64,000 bases of DNA from positions 868,001-932,000 of the forward strand of contig CP142728.1 of NCBI GenBank assembly GCA_036630325.1. Reading direction: 5' to 3'. Shown in pieces: positions 25,065-37,580 of the stretch. Origin of the DNA: Vairimorpha necatrix (taxonomy: Eukaryota). Numbering within the stretch: the first letter of the stretch is position 1; each line of letters starts with the position of its first letter. A program made the translations under genes and the position numbers. The notes beneath the pieces are model-generated. The model worked only from the letters and a program-made list of their open reading frames with translations, searched no databases and had not been told where the DNA came from.

Positions 25065-28000
25065 ATCTATTTCCCATGAATTATTAAATTGATTTTTTCT
25101 TTTTTTTTTTGAAGGTTCCATTAGCATGTTTTATGGCATAATTATTGTCAAAATAAAATTTGAAGTGCTTTATAATTGAAATATATATATTTATTGTTAT
25201 AATCATCATATGTAAGAAAATTTTTGTTGAAAGGTCTTTTTGCTTAACGAAAAGTACATCAACTCCTTATAATGTACTCCCAATATTTAGCATTAAAAAT
25301 GTAATTGACGAAATTTTTTTCAAAAAATTGAAATTATAAATTTTAAATTTCTTCTCAATGCGAAAAATAAAAACGGGCACACCAAATTATTGAAACGGCG
25401 GACCTGCGCCCGCGGGCGCTTCGTTGTCGACCCCTGGCATAGCGAATAGTCTGTCGAGAATGGCAATTTTGAGCGAAATAAAAAACGCCAAAAGAGAAAA
25501 AGTATAAGGAAACAGTAAAACAGTTTATAACAGAAGAAAAAGATGAAAATAACAGGTACATAATAGATAAGAACAAAAGTTTGGAATTTATTAAATATAT
25601 ACATGAACTCGGCGGACACGTAGATAGAAAAAAAATATAGCAATATTTACAAATATTATAAGATAGACAATATTAAAGTTAAAGTCGCCGAAGTGTGCAA
25701 GGGTTGCATAAAATGCAACTTTTTTAAGATACAAACCGAAAGAAAGAAACAGAATATTAAAATGTATTCAAAAAAAATGTTTGATAAAATATCGACGGAT
25801 ACTCACGGACCGTTTAATTTAGAAGAGATAAAACACGACAGTACACCGGAAAAAGGTTATTTTATTACCATAACTGATATATATTTTAGAGTAACGGAAA
25901 TTATTTCACATAAAGTGCTATTGGTGAAGAAGTAGCTTCATGTTTTAAAAAATGGATTAAAAAGTATGAGAAGCCGAGATCTATTATCTCAGACAATGGG
26001 ACGGAATTTAGAAATAGTGTAGTAGAGAAATATCTTTTAAAAAACAACGTGAAACAGATATTATCCCTCCATATGCACCGTACGCCAACGGAATCATTAA
26101 GCTATCAATAAGACAATTTCTGAAGTAATTAAAATGACAGAAAATAAGGATATAAAGAAAATCACAAAGCGAATCATTTTTAGATTGGCCGAAAACATTA
26201 ATCGAGGATTAGGAATATCCCCCAACTCACTTCTACGCGGATACAACTTCTTCGATTTAGATCAGAAACAAAAACATATAGAAACACGGATAAAGAAATG
26301 GTAACTGTTGGAAAATATCATGTTGGACAGGAAGCATATATAAAGAATCATAATCAGAAATTAACAAGCCAGGTATACACAGGACCCTATAAAATAAAGG
26401 AAATAGGTAAAATGTAAAGATGGATCAAGGTTGACAACATAAATGATTGGATCCATGTGAGGAATATAAAGCCTTGAAAGGGGCAGGATGTGGTATCCTA
26501 CCACATAATTTTTACATTTTTTATTTATCTCAATATTTAACAAAAATGTATTTTCTAGAAATTATTTTTTATAAATAAAAAATATTCAAAGAAGGGTACG
26601 ACAAAAATAGAAATGAACAAGAATAATTATAACAACAACAAAGGCAACATGGGAACCACAAAGATGAGTTCTACCATTAATAAAACATTTAGGAAACAAA
26701 TTTACTTATGCTTCCTGTTGGAGCAATATTTCGGTTTTGGCTATCTCACTAGAGGGTACCACACATATTAATTTATAATAGTATTATTGTTTTAATTTTT
26801 GATTGGGGTTTTATTTAATATTTTAATTTCACACTAGCGCATGCATTCTTTTTTTTATAACGCTATCAACTTGATTCGTTCTTCGTTGTTTTTTTATTTG
26901 GACTTCTCCCTGTGCTGGTGAATTTAAAAAAGAAAGATCATGGTTTCTAAAAAAAAGTAGAAATTCCATTTAAGCAAAACTTAAAATGAAAATTGAATCA
27001 CACCAACCTCAAAACAATAATGGGGTATCTTCTAAATGTTTTAGGTTCAATTGTTTTATGCTTATTATACACATTTTAATGAGTAATATGATTTCGTTTT
27101 TTTTTGTGGAAATGTTAAAAAATTCTAAAAGATGTTCTTATGATATATTGGATTTAAGTTTTATATAACATACTTCGAATAAAAATTTATAAAAATATAG
27201 TACATGCTCTTAAAAAAATCTATTTGAGCGTCTCAACTAGATTAAATCGTAATTACACGATGAGTATAAAGTAATAAAAATGGTATGTTATAAAACACGA
27301 AAAAAATGAAACCTCCATGTAACATTATTGGTGTAATATTGTAGAAATAGATTTATAGAAAATTTAATGCCAGTATTGACTTTATAGCCACAAAAATGGG
27401 TTTGTATAAAAATAGAAAGTTTAATCAGAGTTTGTTAATCCGCTAAAGAACCGACTTTTTGTTAAAATGATCTAAAGGTGGAATTAATCCAAATGTATCA
27501 TATTACAATTTGTTAGTACAAAAAACTATACTATAATGCCAATGCTTTTAAGTCTCATAATATGATGTATGGGCTCTAGGGCCCATTCCCGGGTATTTTT
27601 CTTAAAGGGAGACCCTTTAAAAAAAAATTATAGAAAAAAAAAAGAAATCTTAATGATTTATTTCGAATTAAAAGATTAAGAGAAATTAAAATGCGTCTTT
27701 ATAGGCATTGAAATCATGAGTTTTTAAATTTATTCTCCTCCAAACATATTCTTCTATATACACCCGGCATTGAATAACCTGGTGTTATTTTCCTCGTTTT
27801 GATGTCAGATTTATAATGAGATCACTCACATTCTATTAAATTAGTGTGGTCCCCATCAGCATTGGTAAATCCTTCCTCATGATTCACGATTTTATGTACT
27901 CCGCCAATTTTAGCAACAGCGTATGTGTAAGATCTGTGCCCATCAGTTTTTATTACAAACTTAAGGCTACTATTTATAGAGAAAAAATCGAAGAAAGTTT

Positions 28001-28489
28001 TCTTTTTTCTGTTTGGGATAACTTTAAGAACTAGTTTTCTAGTTTTTGCTTCAACTGCAATAATTATCCAAGTGGCTTTACTAATTGAATCATACATTTC
28101 AGATAGTGACTTTATAAGTTTTCCTTTTATGATAACACTCTCATCCACTTGTATTGAGTGCTCTGGCTTCAATTTCTCCCACGTTGTCATGTTAATGCAG
28201 TTATCATTTCTATAATACTCCTTTTAATTCTTTTTATGAGTTTTAATAAAATTGAAGGGTACATGACCGTTTGGAACCCGCTTTGAAAATTTAAAGGACC
28301 CGTTTCAAAAAATGGCAAGATTGACAAAAACAAATTTTGTTGAAGAAGATGAGCTTTTTAGTGATAAAATGTTTTTAAACATAAAAATAAATGAAAATTT
28401 TATTTTGGAAACGCTATATGATGCTGAGACAGCGTGTATCTTTCTGGCACGAAGTTTATTAATAAAAAACAACTTTTTTTGGGAGCTAT

Positions 28490-29452
28490 GGCAGTCTGGT
28501 GGCCAAAAATCCCTTAAAAGGAATATTTAAAAAAATCACCCCAAAAATGAAAAGTCAAGAGGAAAAACTTTTTGAAATTTTTTTAAAATACATTGAAAAA
28601 ACAAGCAAAATATGTATAAAATGTGGTTCTTCAAGTAAAAAATATAATGAAAAATTTATTTTTAGATGTACTTGGTCTAAATGTAGAAGTAAATGGTCTT
28701 TATTAAAAAACACTCCATTCTACAATAACAAGCTTGGAATTAATACTATGTTATTAATTATTAAATTATGGTCTGTTAATGTAAAGTATAAAGCTATTGC
28801 GGAATTTCTTGGAATTAGCATTAAAAGTGTAAGAAAAATCATTTCTTTAACAGTAAATTCCATCGAAAATTCTGTTTACGTTGAAACAGGTATAATAGGA
28901 GGACCTGGGATTGTTGTGGAAATAGATGAAAGTAAGTTTGGTAAAGTAAAATACCATAGAGGCCATAGAGTAGAAGGAGTTTGGATTTTCGGGATGGTAG
29001 AAAGAACACCTCAAAGGAAAATTGTGTTTGTTCCTGTTGATGATAGAAGAGCTTCTACACTAGAAGAACTTTTAATTAAATATGTTCACCCAGAATCTAT
29101 CATACATAGTGATTGCTTCTCTTCATATTCTAGGTTGTGTTTAATTTTTCAACAACATAAGACGGTTAATCATTCAAAAGAATTTGTTAATAAAAATAAT
29201 TCATGCCATACAAATACTATCGAAGGTAATTGGAGTGCTGTTAAAAGTGAAACTTCCATAAGGCATAGAACAAAAAAATTAATAAAGAGTTCTTTGGTAA
29301 GATTTATGCTTAGAAGAAATTTTGAAGGGGATTTGTTTGAAAAAATTATTAAAATGATTTTTAAGTTTTTATTTTTCTTCCTCTTGACTTTTCATTTTTG
29401 GGGTGATTTTTTTAAAAATTCCTTTTAAGGGATTTTTGGCCACCAGACTGCC
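28490..29452 (+). mobile_element. Merlin DNA transposon (inner of the nest)
   Basis: ~80-bp TIRs beginning GGCAGTCTGGTGGCCAAAAATCCCTTAAAAGGAAT; no TSD seen. Confidence 0.9.
28547..29428 (+). CDS. Merlin/IS1016-like DDE transposase, open frame
   Basis: ATG after CCCCAAAA; VEIDESKFG, HSDC, VNHS, HTNTIEGNWS. Confidence 0.88.
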   Translation: MKSQEEKLFEIFLKYIEKTSKICIKCGSSSKKYNEKFIFRCTWSKCRSKWSLLKNTPFYNNKLGINTMLLIIKLWSVNVKYKAIAEFLGISIKSVRKIISLTVNSIENSVYVETGIIGGPGIVVEIDESKFGKVKYHRGHRVEGVWIFGMVERTPQRKIVFVPVDDRRASTLEELLIKYVHPESIIHSDCFSSYSRLCLIFQQHKTVNHSKEFVNKNNSCHTNTIEGNWSAVKSETSIRHRTKKLIKSSLVRFMLRRNFEGDLFEKIIKMIFKFLFFFLLTFHFWGDFFKNSF

Positions 29453-31347
29453 CTTTAACCCTTTTTTTGTACTGTATGCATCTCTGAAAGGCCAATGAAA
29501 TTGATTAGAAGAATAATACTATTGGACAAATATGTTTGGAATTGTACAAAACCTTGTACGGCTTATAAATCTGTGAGAAAGGACTCTATTTTAAAAATAC
29601 CAAATTAAGTTTTTATAAAATTATAAGAATGATATATAAGCATATCAAAAGAGTTTCCTTCCTCGATATAGCAAATGATCTTGATCTAGACAGAAACCCC
29701 GTAAGTACATATGGTTTGCTCTGCAGAGATCGCATAATCGAGGAAGTGACCAATAATAGTCAGAGGTTAGGAAGTAATGATGAGTTCGGCATTCCTAAAG
29801 TAGTGGAGATCGGCGAGAGTCTATTCTTTCGTGCCAAATATAATCGTGGTAATCATACCACAGGCCAGTGGTATGTAGGAGGAGTTGAAAGAGGATCTAA
29901 AAAAGGTTTTCTTCTCCCTGTAGCTAGTAGAAATACTGCTACTCCTCTTGAGGTAATACAAGATAATGTATTGCCTGGTTCTATTGTGATCACTGATCAA
30001 TGAATAACATATGGTGCTGCATTTAGAAAAATCACAGGGATGGAGCATGGGACTGTGAATTACTCTATCAATTTCGTAAATCCTAACGATCACGAGACAC
30101 ATACTCAACAAATTGAAGGATTTTGGTCTCTTTCGAAGAGAGATATTCGGTCTAGACATGGAATAAACGAGGACGAGCACTATGAGTATCTTTTACAGTT
30201 TCTATGGTCTTATCAAATACCTAAAAACCAAAGAATTAATCGACTTCTTTCATTATTCAAAATAAATCGTTAAGTCTCTTTTTTTATAATTTTTTTTATT
30301 TTTCCCTTTTTTGAAATTTTCAAAGCGGGTTCATTTTCCCAAAGCGGGTTCCAAACGGTCATGTACCAACAGAAGTATTTTTATTAATATTATATTCATA
30401 ATGTTTTCCAGCCATGAATATATTATAAATTAATATTCGCTTGTATCTATCTTTGGACTTGAAATTTTTAGCCCCTCAAAAACTGATTTGGATTTTCGAC
30501 ATAATAAGCTAGAACATCTGAATCGAAAACTGTTCGAATATGAAATGTCCTGTTCCTAAACCATGCTCTCGTAACATTTTGAGCATGTTTTAAATCCTTC
30601 AAGTGAGCTATGGCCATTGAATAAAGGCCATGGCCGCTTCATTAGAAGAAAAAATGCTAGATCTCGAATTTTTTGGTCCTTCTTTAAAATTATTCATTTT
30701 TTAGGGATTGTAAAAATTTCACAGTTTAGGGCCTATTCCTGGGAAATGCCATCTTTTTTACGTTCATTGCCCTGGAATAGGCCCTAGCGCCGATGTATGC
30801 CCCGGTCTCTACGAAATATATCAATAAATATATCGCAGGTCCCATTAGATGCGAATTATAACTAAAAATTTAATTGCTATATTACTGTACATAACGAATC
30901 GTCAATAACAAAATACAATTTGATGATTTAAAATTAATATATCAATTCTAAATCTTCCATAACTCATAAAATTTTACGTCTAATAATACGGAGACCTTTT
31001 ACAACAAAAAGATGATTATATAAGTATATAAGCCAAAAAAAAATAAAGATGATTATGATAAATTTTAATTAAAAATAGGCTAAATTCCAAATTTGTTAGA
31101 TTAGAATTATTATGTTTATTCGAGTAATTATAAAAAAAAAATTAATTAATAATGATTTTCATAAAAATAAATAATGCATATTTCACGCTTGTAAACGACA
31201 TGAGTTCTTTACAAAGACACATTATTATAAGATTCAAATTCAAACTTTAAGTCATTACTTTAATAGTAATATATCAGAAAAAAAAGAAGTGTTAAAGAAA
31301 AGTGTTTTTTTTGTGTATTGAGAAAATATGTTACACTAAGTATTTAT

Positions 31348-32774
31348 TTAATTTCTAAATCTTATGAGATGCAATTGAAGCATTTCCCTATCTTTATTAC
31401 ATACTTCTTTAAGTACTAACTTTCTACCTGTTGTGTCTACGTGATACATCTTATGATTTATCATTACAAATAATAAATCATCGTCAGTGATATATGGGCA
31501 TACGATGCTTGGAACTGAGTTTACTAGTAATTTGATAGAGTAGGAATGGATCATATAATTTTCTAGGAATTTTCAACAGTTTACAATCACATTTGTCAAT
31601 GACTATTTCTTTTTTGTGTGCTGATATGTGTGTTCATTTTCTGCTAAAGAAATGTTTCCATCTTCGACTGTCTTAAATTCAATAGATTTTGATTTTATTG
31701 TCGTCGTTTTATTTTTTCTTTCTTCATCGGCATAAAAAAATTTTTGAAAATATTCATTATGTTCGATAGTAGGAGGTACTAAGCAATTATCTATTTTTAC
31801 GTCACAAGATTCTTCCGAGATCTGAATATAAATGTCCGAAGAAGACTCGCTTTCATGTCTTGATCCATGAGATTCTTCGTGGTGTTCATTATCACAACAT
31901 GATCTTGTAGATAAGCAATATGGGCGATTATCACAAGGTCGTCGCTTATGGTAATTATCATTGTATGACTTTTTATCAATACAACATCTTTTTGTTTTAA
32001 AACAAGGATGTTTATAATCATAACTGCGGCACGGCCTTTTATTTAAATGACATCTACAATTATTTTTACGATCATTGGTGCAAGCTCTCGGTCGTGTCTG
32101 TTTACAGCACGATCTCTTGTCTTTGTAACGCAATGAATCTTTATATCTTTCAAATTGACAGGGCGCTGATTCTTGAGTTAGAAAACACTTTTTGGATTCT
32201 GTCATTTTAGCTTCATGATCTTTAATGCTACAGAATGATGTTGTTTCTTGCGTATTACAACACGACATGGAAGGTTGACTTATTATGGTATTACAAAAAT
32301 TATTGACTAGCATCTGATTGCACGAGCATGGACTTTAGCCCTTTTATCTGTACTACAACAGGTCTTGGATTCTACATTCTTTGTTCCGCAACATGATTTA
32401 GATCTCTCTTCCCTAATAGCACAACATTCTTTAGTAGATTCACCTAGTATTTTTGGTCTACATGGACAACCTCCTATGCACATTGCGTATTTACTACTGA
32501 TTCTGTCTTTGATGTATGGGACAAGAGCTCCATTAGAATACAATACCATAGTCTCTGGGCAATCTTCCCACCCAAACACATAAGCCTTTTCAATGTTCAT
32601 TTTATTCAATAAGTTTACCATGGCATTGATATTTGTAGAATTAGCTACAACCCCTCGTCTACCTACAGCCTTGCAATTTTCTTCAGGTATTTAATCGCAT
32701 GTTCCTTCTGCAATGACAGCAGTAAATGGTCATATTGTTTTAATGAAAAGAATAAGCAAGTTCAAGAAAAACAT
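31348..32774 (-). pseudogene. EnP1: EnP1-like microsporidian spore wall/endospore protein pseudogene with an expanded Cys-rich middle
   Basis: Hydrophobic N-terminus MFFLNLLILFIK. NSTNINAMVNLLNKMNIEKAYVFGW..MVLYSNGALVPY..KYAMCIGGCPC and the C-terminal VCPYITDDDLLFVMI..MYHV..LVLKEV match my recollection of Encephalitozoon EnP1. Stops at codons 15 and 28, frameshift ~32310, further break ~31600. Confidence 0.8.
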
Positions 32775-32997
32775 ATAGAGGTTCGATTGGTTAAGTTCTC
32801 GACTTGCCCCCCCTTACCCTAAAAAAACAAAAAAAATTATTCCACAATTGTAAAATCTATTTCAGGAATAATATCATATGCTACGATACTAAAATTGCCT
32901 ATTTCAAAAAATTCTAACATTTTATCTAATAGATTTTCACGATATATTAATTTGAATCTATTAATGTAAATCTTTCTTACAAGATTCATAATAGTAC

Positions 32998-35900
32998 TGT
33001 AGGAAGTGCTACACATGTCAAATATATGGTGTCATTGTTTTGACATATTTGACATGTCGTTTCTTTAAATATTTTATAATAATTAAACCCATGTTTTTAT
33101 CCCAACAATTTGGCGACAATGTCAAAAACTTTCTCATTTTCAGAAATGAAGAGAAAGATGATCCACAGCAGTTCTTGGAGGACTTGCAGGATGTGGGGAG
33201 GGTGATGGAATACAGTGAGAGTAAACTTGTACTCCTTTTCAGAATGTCGTTAGAGGAAGAGGCGAGGGATTGGTTGATAGCGCAGCCAATTGGTCTTTCA
33301 CTTGAAAGACTGAAATTTTTGTTTCAAGAAAGATTTGTGGGTCCTATGGCGATGAAAGTGAGTATAGATAAACTTTCCGCCCTTCAATATCATGGTGGAT
33401 CGCTCATCAACTATCTAGATAAAATGGCGGGATTGGCGCGCAGGGCGAATGTTCCGGAAGGCGTATTGATTGCCTTTGTACTAAAAGGAATTCCGAACCA
33501 TTTAGCAAATTCGATCTTAATAAACAACAAGGACTCATTATCTTGGGAGTACTTATATAAAGCCATAAGAAATGTTTTGGAAGTGGATGATACAAGTCAT
33601 AAAGAAATTTTGCGTGGAGGTTATGTGGATGTAAAAGCGATTAGCTGCAAGGACCACGATAGAAAGATTTGGACTTCGAAAAGGAACAAAGAAAAGAGAT
33701 GTTTTATTTGCGGAAAGAAAGGCCATATAGTAGCACGGTGTAAATTTAATAGTTACCGTAGAGATATTATCGAAGTCAAGAAAAGTCAAGAGGAAGAAGG
33801 AGAAAATAAGAAGGTGGATGTAAAGGAATTTATTTATAATTATTCTGTTACAGAGGTCAAGGATTATAGGACTACTCTCAAAGAAGCGTCACTAAATGAT
33901 GGGGAAGTTAAATTTAAAGTGCTTATCGATACTGGTGCTGATATAAATTTAATTAGACCAGAGTTTTTGCCAAATAAAACCGTTGTTAATCGTTCTAAAC
34001 AACAGCTTAGGCCAGCCAATGGATCGAAAATAAGGATCATTGGAGAAACAGTAGTTAAAATAAAAATTGAGGGTATGATATTTGAAGATAAATTCATTAT
34101 TACTAGGGATATCACAATTCCCTGCATTATAGGAAAGGGGTTACTCAACATGTACAAGATAAATTTAAAATTTGGAAATAATAAAATGGAAATTGAATCT
34201 GGACTCTTGGCAAAGGGAAAAGCCATAGGATATCATAAAATTATCACAAAGGATGATAACACAATACTATCTCAATTATATAAATTGGGGGGGAGCAAAA
34301 GAGGATATTGCGTCCCAAATAGTGAAAGAGTATCTAAAACGTGGAATAGTTAGACCTAGTGTAAGCGCATGGAGAAGCCCGATAATTATAGTCCCAAAAA
34401 AGAACGGAGACCACAGATTATGTGTGGATTATCGAAGATTAAATGATGCGACTATTAGAGATGCGTATCCAATGCCCCGTGTAGAAGAGTTCATCAATGC
34501 TTTAGAGGGTGCAACATACTTTACTAAATTAAACGCTGAATCGGGCTATCACCAAATAGATATGGCGCCGTGTGATATTGAGAAGACAGCCTTTGCCTGT
34601 AGAGAAGGCTTATTTGAATTTACAAAAATGCCATTTGGACTTGTTAATGGTCCAGCTACATTTCAGCGGGTGATGAATAACATATTGAGGGAATTTTTGT
34701 TTAAGTTTGTGGTAGTATATTTGGATGATATACTGATTTATAGTAAAACTGAAGAAGATCATAAGAAAGATGTCCAGATGGTATTAGAGAAGCTCAAGTC
34801 GGTAGGACTGAAACTTAATGAGGATAAATGCGAATTTAATAAGACCGAATTAAAAATTTTAGGTCATGTGATATCAAAAGAGGGAATAAGTATGGACGAA
34901 GAAAGAGTTAGGAGCATTCAACAGTTACCAATTCCTAAAAATAAGAAGAAATTACAATCTTTGTTGGGGCTGTATAATTATTGCTCTAAATTTATTAAAA
35001 ACGGCCATAAAGTGGTTAGCCCACTATTCGATATAATAAGACTTAAGAATGAGGACGCTGATAACTTTTGGAAAAAGCGGAGATTGATAAAAATTACTGC
35101 AAGGCAGTCGAAGAGGTAAAACAGGCTATGAAGAGAACAGCCTTGTTGACAATACCAAATTTAAAGGATAAATTTATATTGACTACGGATGCATCGAATG
35201 AGGGATGTGGGGCCACATTGGCTCAGATGGTTGAAGGGAAAGAAAAGATTATTTCCTATTACAGCTCTTTACACTCCAAGACAGAAAAAAACTATTCTAC
35301 TACTGAGCAAGAATTGCTAGCAGTTATAAAATCGATTCAAAACTTCAGAGAATATTTATTATTGGGGAAATTTACTCTAAAAACGGATCATCAGGCTTTA
35401 AAATATTTATTTAAGTCCAGAAATGTAAAAGCTAGGTTGGCTAGATGGTCATTACTGCTACAAGAATATGATTTCGATATTGAATATATTACAGGACCAT
35501 CGAACTATACAGATCACCTAAGCAGAGATTTTAAAAAACAGGAGGAGAACGTTTCAGAAATAAGTTCAATACAAAGGAAAATAGTTAAAAAAGAAAGGAC
35601 AATAGTGCTATTAAAGTTTTACCATGATTTATTAGGTCACGGATCAAAACAAAATATGAAATATAATATTGGTCGAAAATTTACCTGGAAGAATATGAGT
35701 AGAGACATAGAAAAATATGTAGATAATTGTGAAATTTGTCAGAAAGAAAAACCTCAGAGAAAATTTAGAGATATTGTACCATTAGTAACAAAGACAATAG
35801 GAGAAATCTGGGAAGTAGACATAGTAGGGCCCTTGAGAGAAAGCGTGCAAGGATATAAATTTTTATTGACAATGATTGATCACTTTTCGAAAATTGCAGA

Positions 35901-36696
35901 GGTGGTGCCGATTTATACAAAAGATATAATACGGTTATTTATCTGATAGATAAACATATAGTCAGGAAGTATGTTATTCCAAAGGCCATTTTATCTGATA
36001 ATGGTAAAGAATTCAAAAATAATATCTGTGATGAATATGCGAAGACCAAAAAATTCATCTGGAAATATGGTTCCCCTTACAAACCTACAGCCACGGGGCT
36101 TGTTGAGAGGTTTAACAGAACAATAGCCATAAAATTAAGGAAGATTATAGAATTCGGGAAATTTGATTGGGCAAAATGTGTCCCTAAAGTAGTCAGAGCC
36201 TATATGCAATCATATCATAGGGCTATAGGGTGTGCACCAATAGAACTCTTAACAGGAATAGTTCCAAATAAGATAGATATACAAGAAGGAATGCATCTAA
36301 CAAAGGATAAGAAAGAGTTTCAGAAGCAGGCGATTAAGAACTTGGAAGTTTACAGACAAGAATATGACACGGGTAAAAAAGCTAATTCTGTTGATAAAGA
36401 GGCCATTAAGGTGGGAGATAGAGTTTGGTATTATTTAATTTTACCGTTTAGAGGAAAACTCGAACCAAAATGGGAAGAAAAAGGAGTGGTAGTAGATAAA
36501 AAATTTCATTCATTTAAGTTTTATTAGATAGTGGGAAGATTGTTACAGCAAGCCGAAATCATGTTAAGCTTTTAAAGGAGGGGTAGTGTAGGAAGTGCTA
36601 CACATGTCAAATATATGGTGTCATTGTTTTGACATATTTGACATGTCGTTTCTTTAAATATTTTATAATAATTAAACCCATGTTTTTATCCCAACA
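32998..36696 (+). mobile_element. Ty3/gypsy element G with 110-bp LTRs
   Basis: Identical LTRs 32998-33107 and 36587-36696, TSD AGTAC, PBS TGGCGACAATG, PPT AAAGGAGGGGTAG. Confidence 0.95.
33091..36575 (+). pseudogene. gag-pol of element G, frameshifted (~34290, ~35070, ~35930)
   Basis: CFICGKKGHIVARC, IDTGADIN, MPFGLVNGPATFQ, YLDD, TTDASNEG, WEVDIVGPL. Confidence 0.9.
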
Positions 36697-37580
36697 AGTA
36701 CCATGACTAGTTCCGCTTTTTCTTAGTTTTCTTTTAATAACCGACCACATTCCCTCTATAATCTGAGTATGCGCACCAGTTATATTATCAACAAAATTTT
36801 AGCTGTGATTCACAATCAAATGTAGATACTCATATTCTACACAGATTGTTTGAATATCACTATAGCCGCGCCAACAATCTATCACAATTGTGGTCTCCCT
36901 GAGCAATTTTCTTGTGATTAATTCAACAAGAGTAGCTCTTGTTCTATTTTCTACGATTTCGAAGAAAGAAGAATTCGCATCCCCTCTCACAACGCCTCCA
37001 ACTGCCCATACTTGATATTAAAGAACCCTTCCCGCATGGTTTTTACTTTTTACAAGTAAAGTTTCATCAATTTTAACAATACAACCGACGCCGTCAATCG
37101 TTTGATTGTTTATATATGTTGAATAGGAGACGTACACGGCGTTATTAAAACGAGTAAACCATCTTGATACCGTACATTTACCAATATCAAGTTCTAACGT
37201 GGCGGCCAAATTACTTGAAACCATTACCCATTCGCAAATCAATATTAAAAGATCCTCAATAGGCAATTTTGTGTTCTTAAAAACGCTTTGTTTCATTATG
37301 GTTCCTTTGTTAGAACATTTTGTACCATCACGTCTTAAATAACAACGATAGTTTTCAGTGTTGGTCCAGATTTTGAGTCATTGGTACATTGCATTTATTG
37401 CGCATAAGGACCCTCAAAATGTTTCTTGCAATTAAAAATTGCATTAACTCATTTTTTTTATAGATGAGTTTTCTAAATTTTTTTATTCTCGTTATGGGTC
37501 AAATAATTTGTTTTTTTATTTTCCCCCTTTTTTTTATTTTTTTTAGGGGTGGGGGGGGGGGGTAAGTCGAGAACTTAACC

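Larger units (their letters stand above)
13386..25121 (-). pseudogene. GTF2IRD2-like hAT transposase pseudogene, split by elements at 14011-21906 and 23085-25064
   Basis: N-terminus MEPSKK..WE.DFFF at 25121; KSNLERHF (22790 ORF); HTEVRWLSRGKVLER (21962 ORF); GTTYNCEAYFSYMTYLKSKYRTQL (13386 ORF). Confidence 0.88.
12935..25436 (-). mobile_element. hAT (Buster/Charlie/SPIN-like) DNA transposon with nested insertions
   Basis: TIRs CAGGGGTCGGCAAC / GTTGTCGACCCCTG (13/14 match), 8-bp TSD GCATAGCG with central TA. Confidence 0.93.
5529..26763 (+). mobile_element. Old Ty3/gypsy element B (palindrome-PBS clade), host of many nested insertions
   Basis: 5' LTR 5529-5541 + 9903-10172 (split by element A), diverged 3' LTR 26489-26763, PPT GAAAGGGGCAGGA. 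RT 11662-12441 (PFGLKLGPKLFQ, YIDD), RNase H ~12600-12934, integrase remnants 25445-26477. TSD not clean. Confidence 0.85.
28258..30367 (+). mobile_element. Merlin DNA transposon (middle of the nest), degenerate
   Basis: TIR GGTACATGACCGTTTGGAACCCGCTTTG at both ends; TSD AATTGAAG/AACAGAAG (6/8); WYVGGVERGS and HTQQIEGFWS motifs. Confidence 0.88.
27572..30791 (-). mobile_element. Merlin DNA transposon (outer of a triple nest), degenerate
   Basis: TIRs GGCTCTAGGGCC / GGCCCTAGCGCC, TSD GATGTATG, QVDES/TDGH/VNH..HTNLIE motifs; sibling of 57043-58135. Confidence 0.9.
32789..37580 (-). mobile_element. Merlin DNA transposon (41292 family), degenerate, interrupted by element G
   Basis: TIR GGTTAAGTTCTCGACTT at both ends; transposase fragments 36799-37296; no TSD. 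Confidence 0.9.

Noticed and set aside
34280-34300. Programmed gag-pol frameshift in element G
   Set aside because: The shift falls in a G homopolymer after the protease, the element has further frameshifts, and elements A and C encode gag-pol in one frame; more likely mutation or sequencing error
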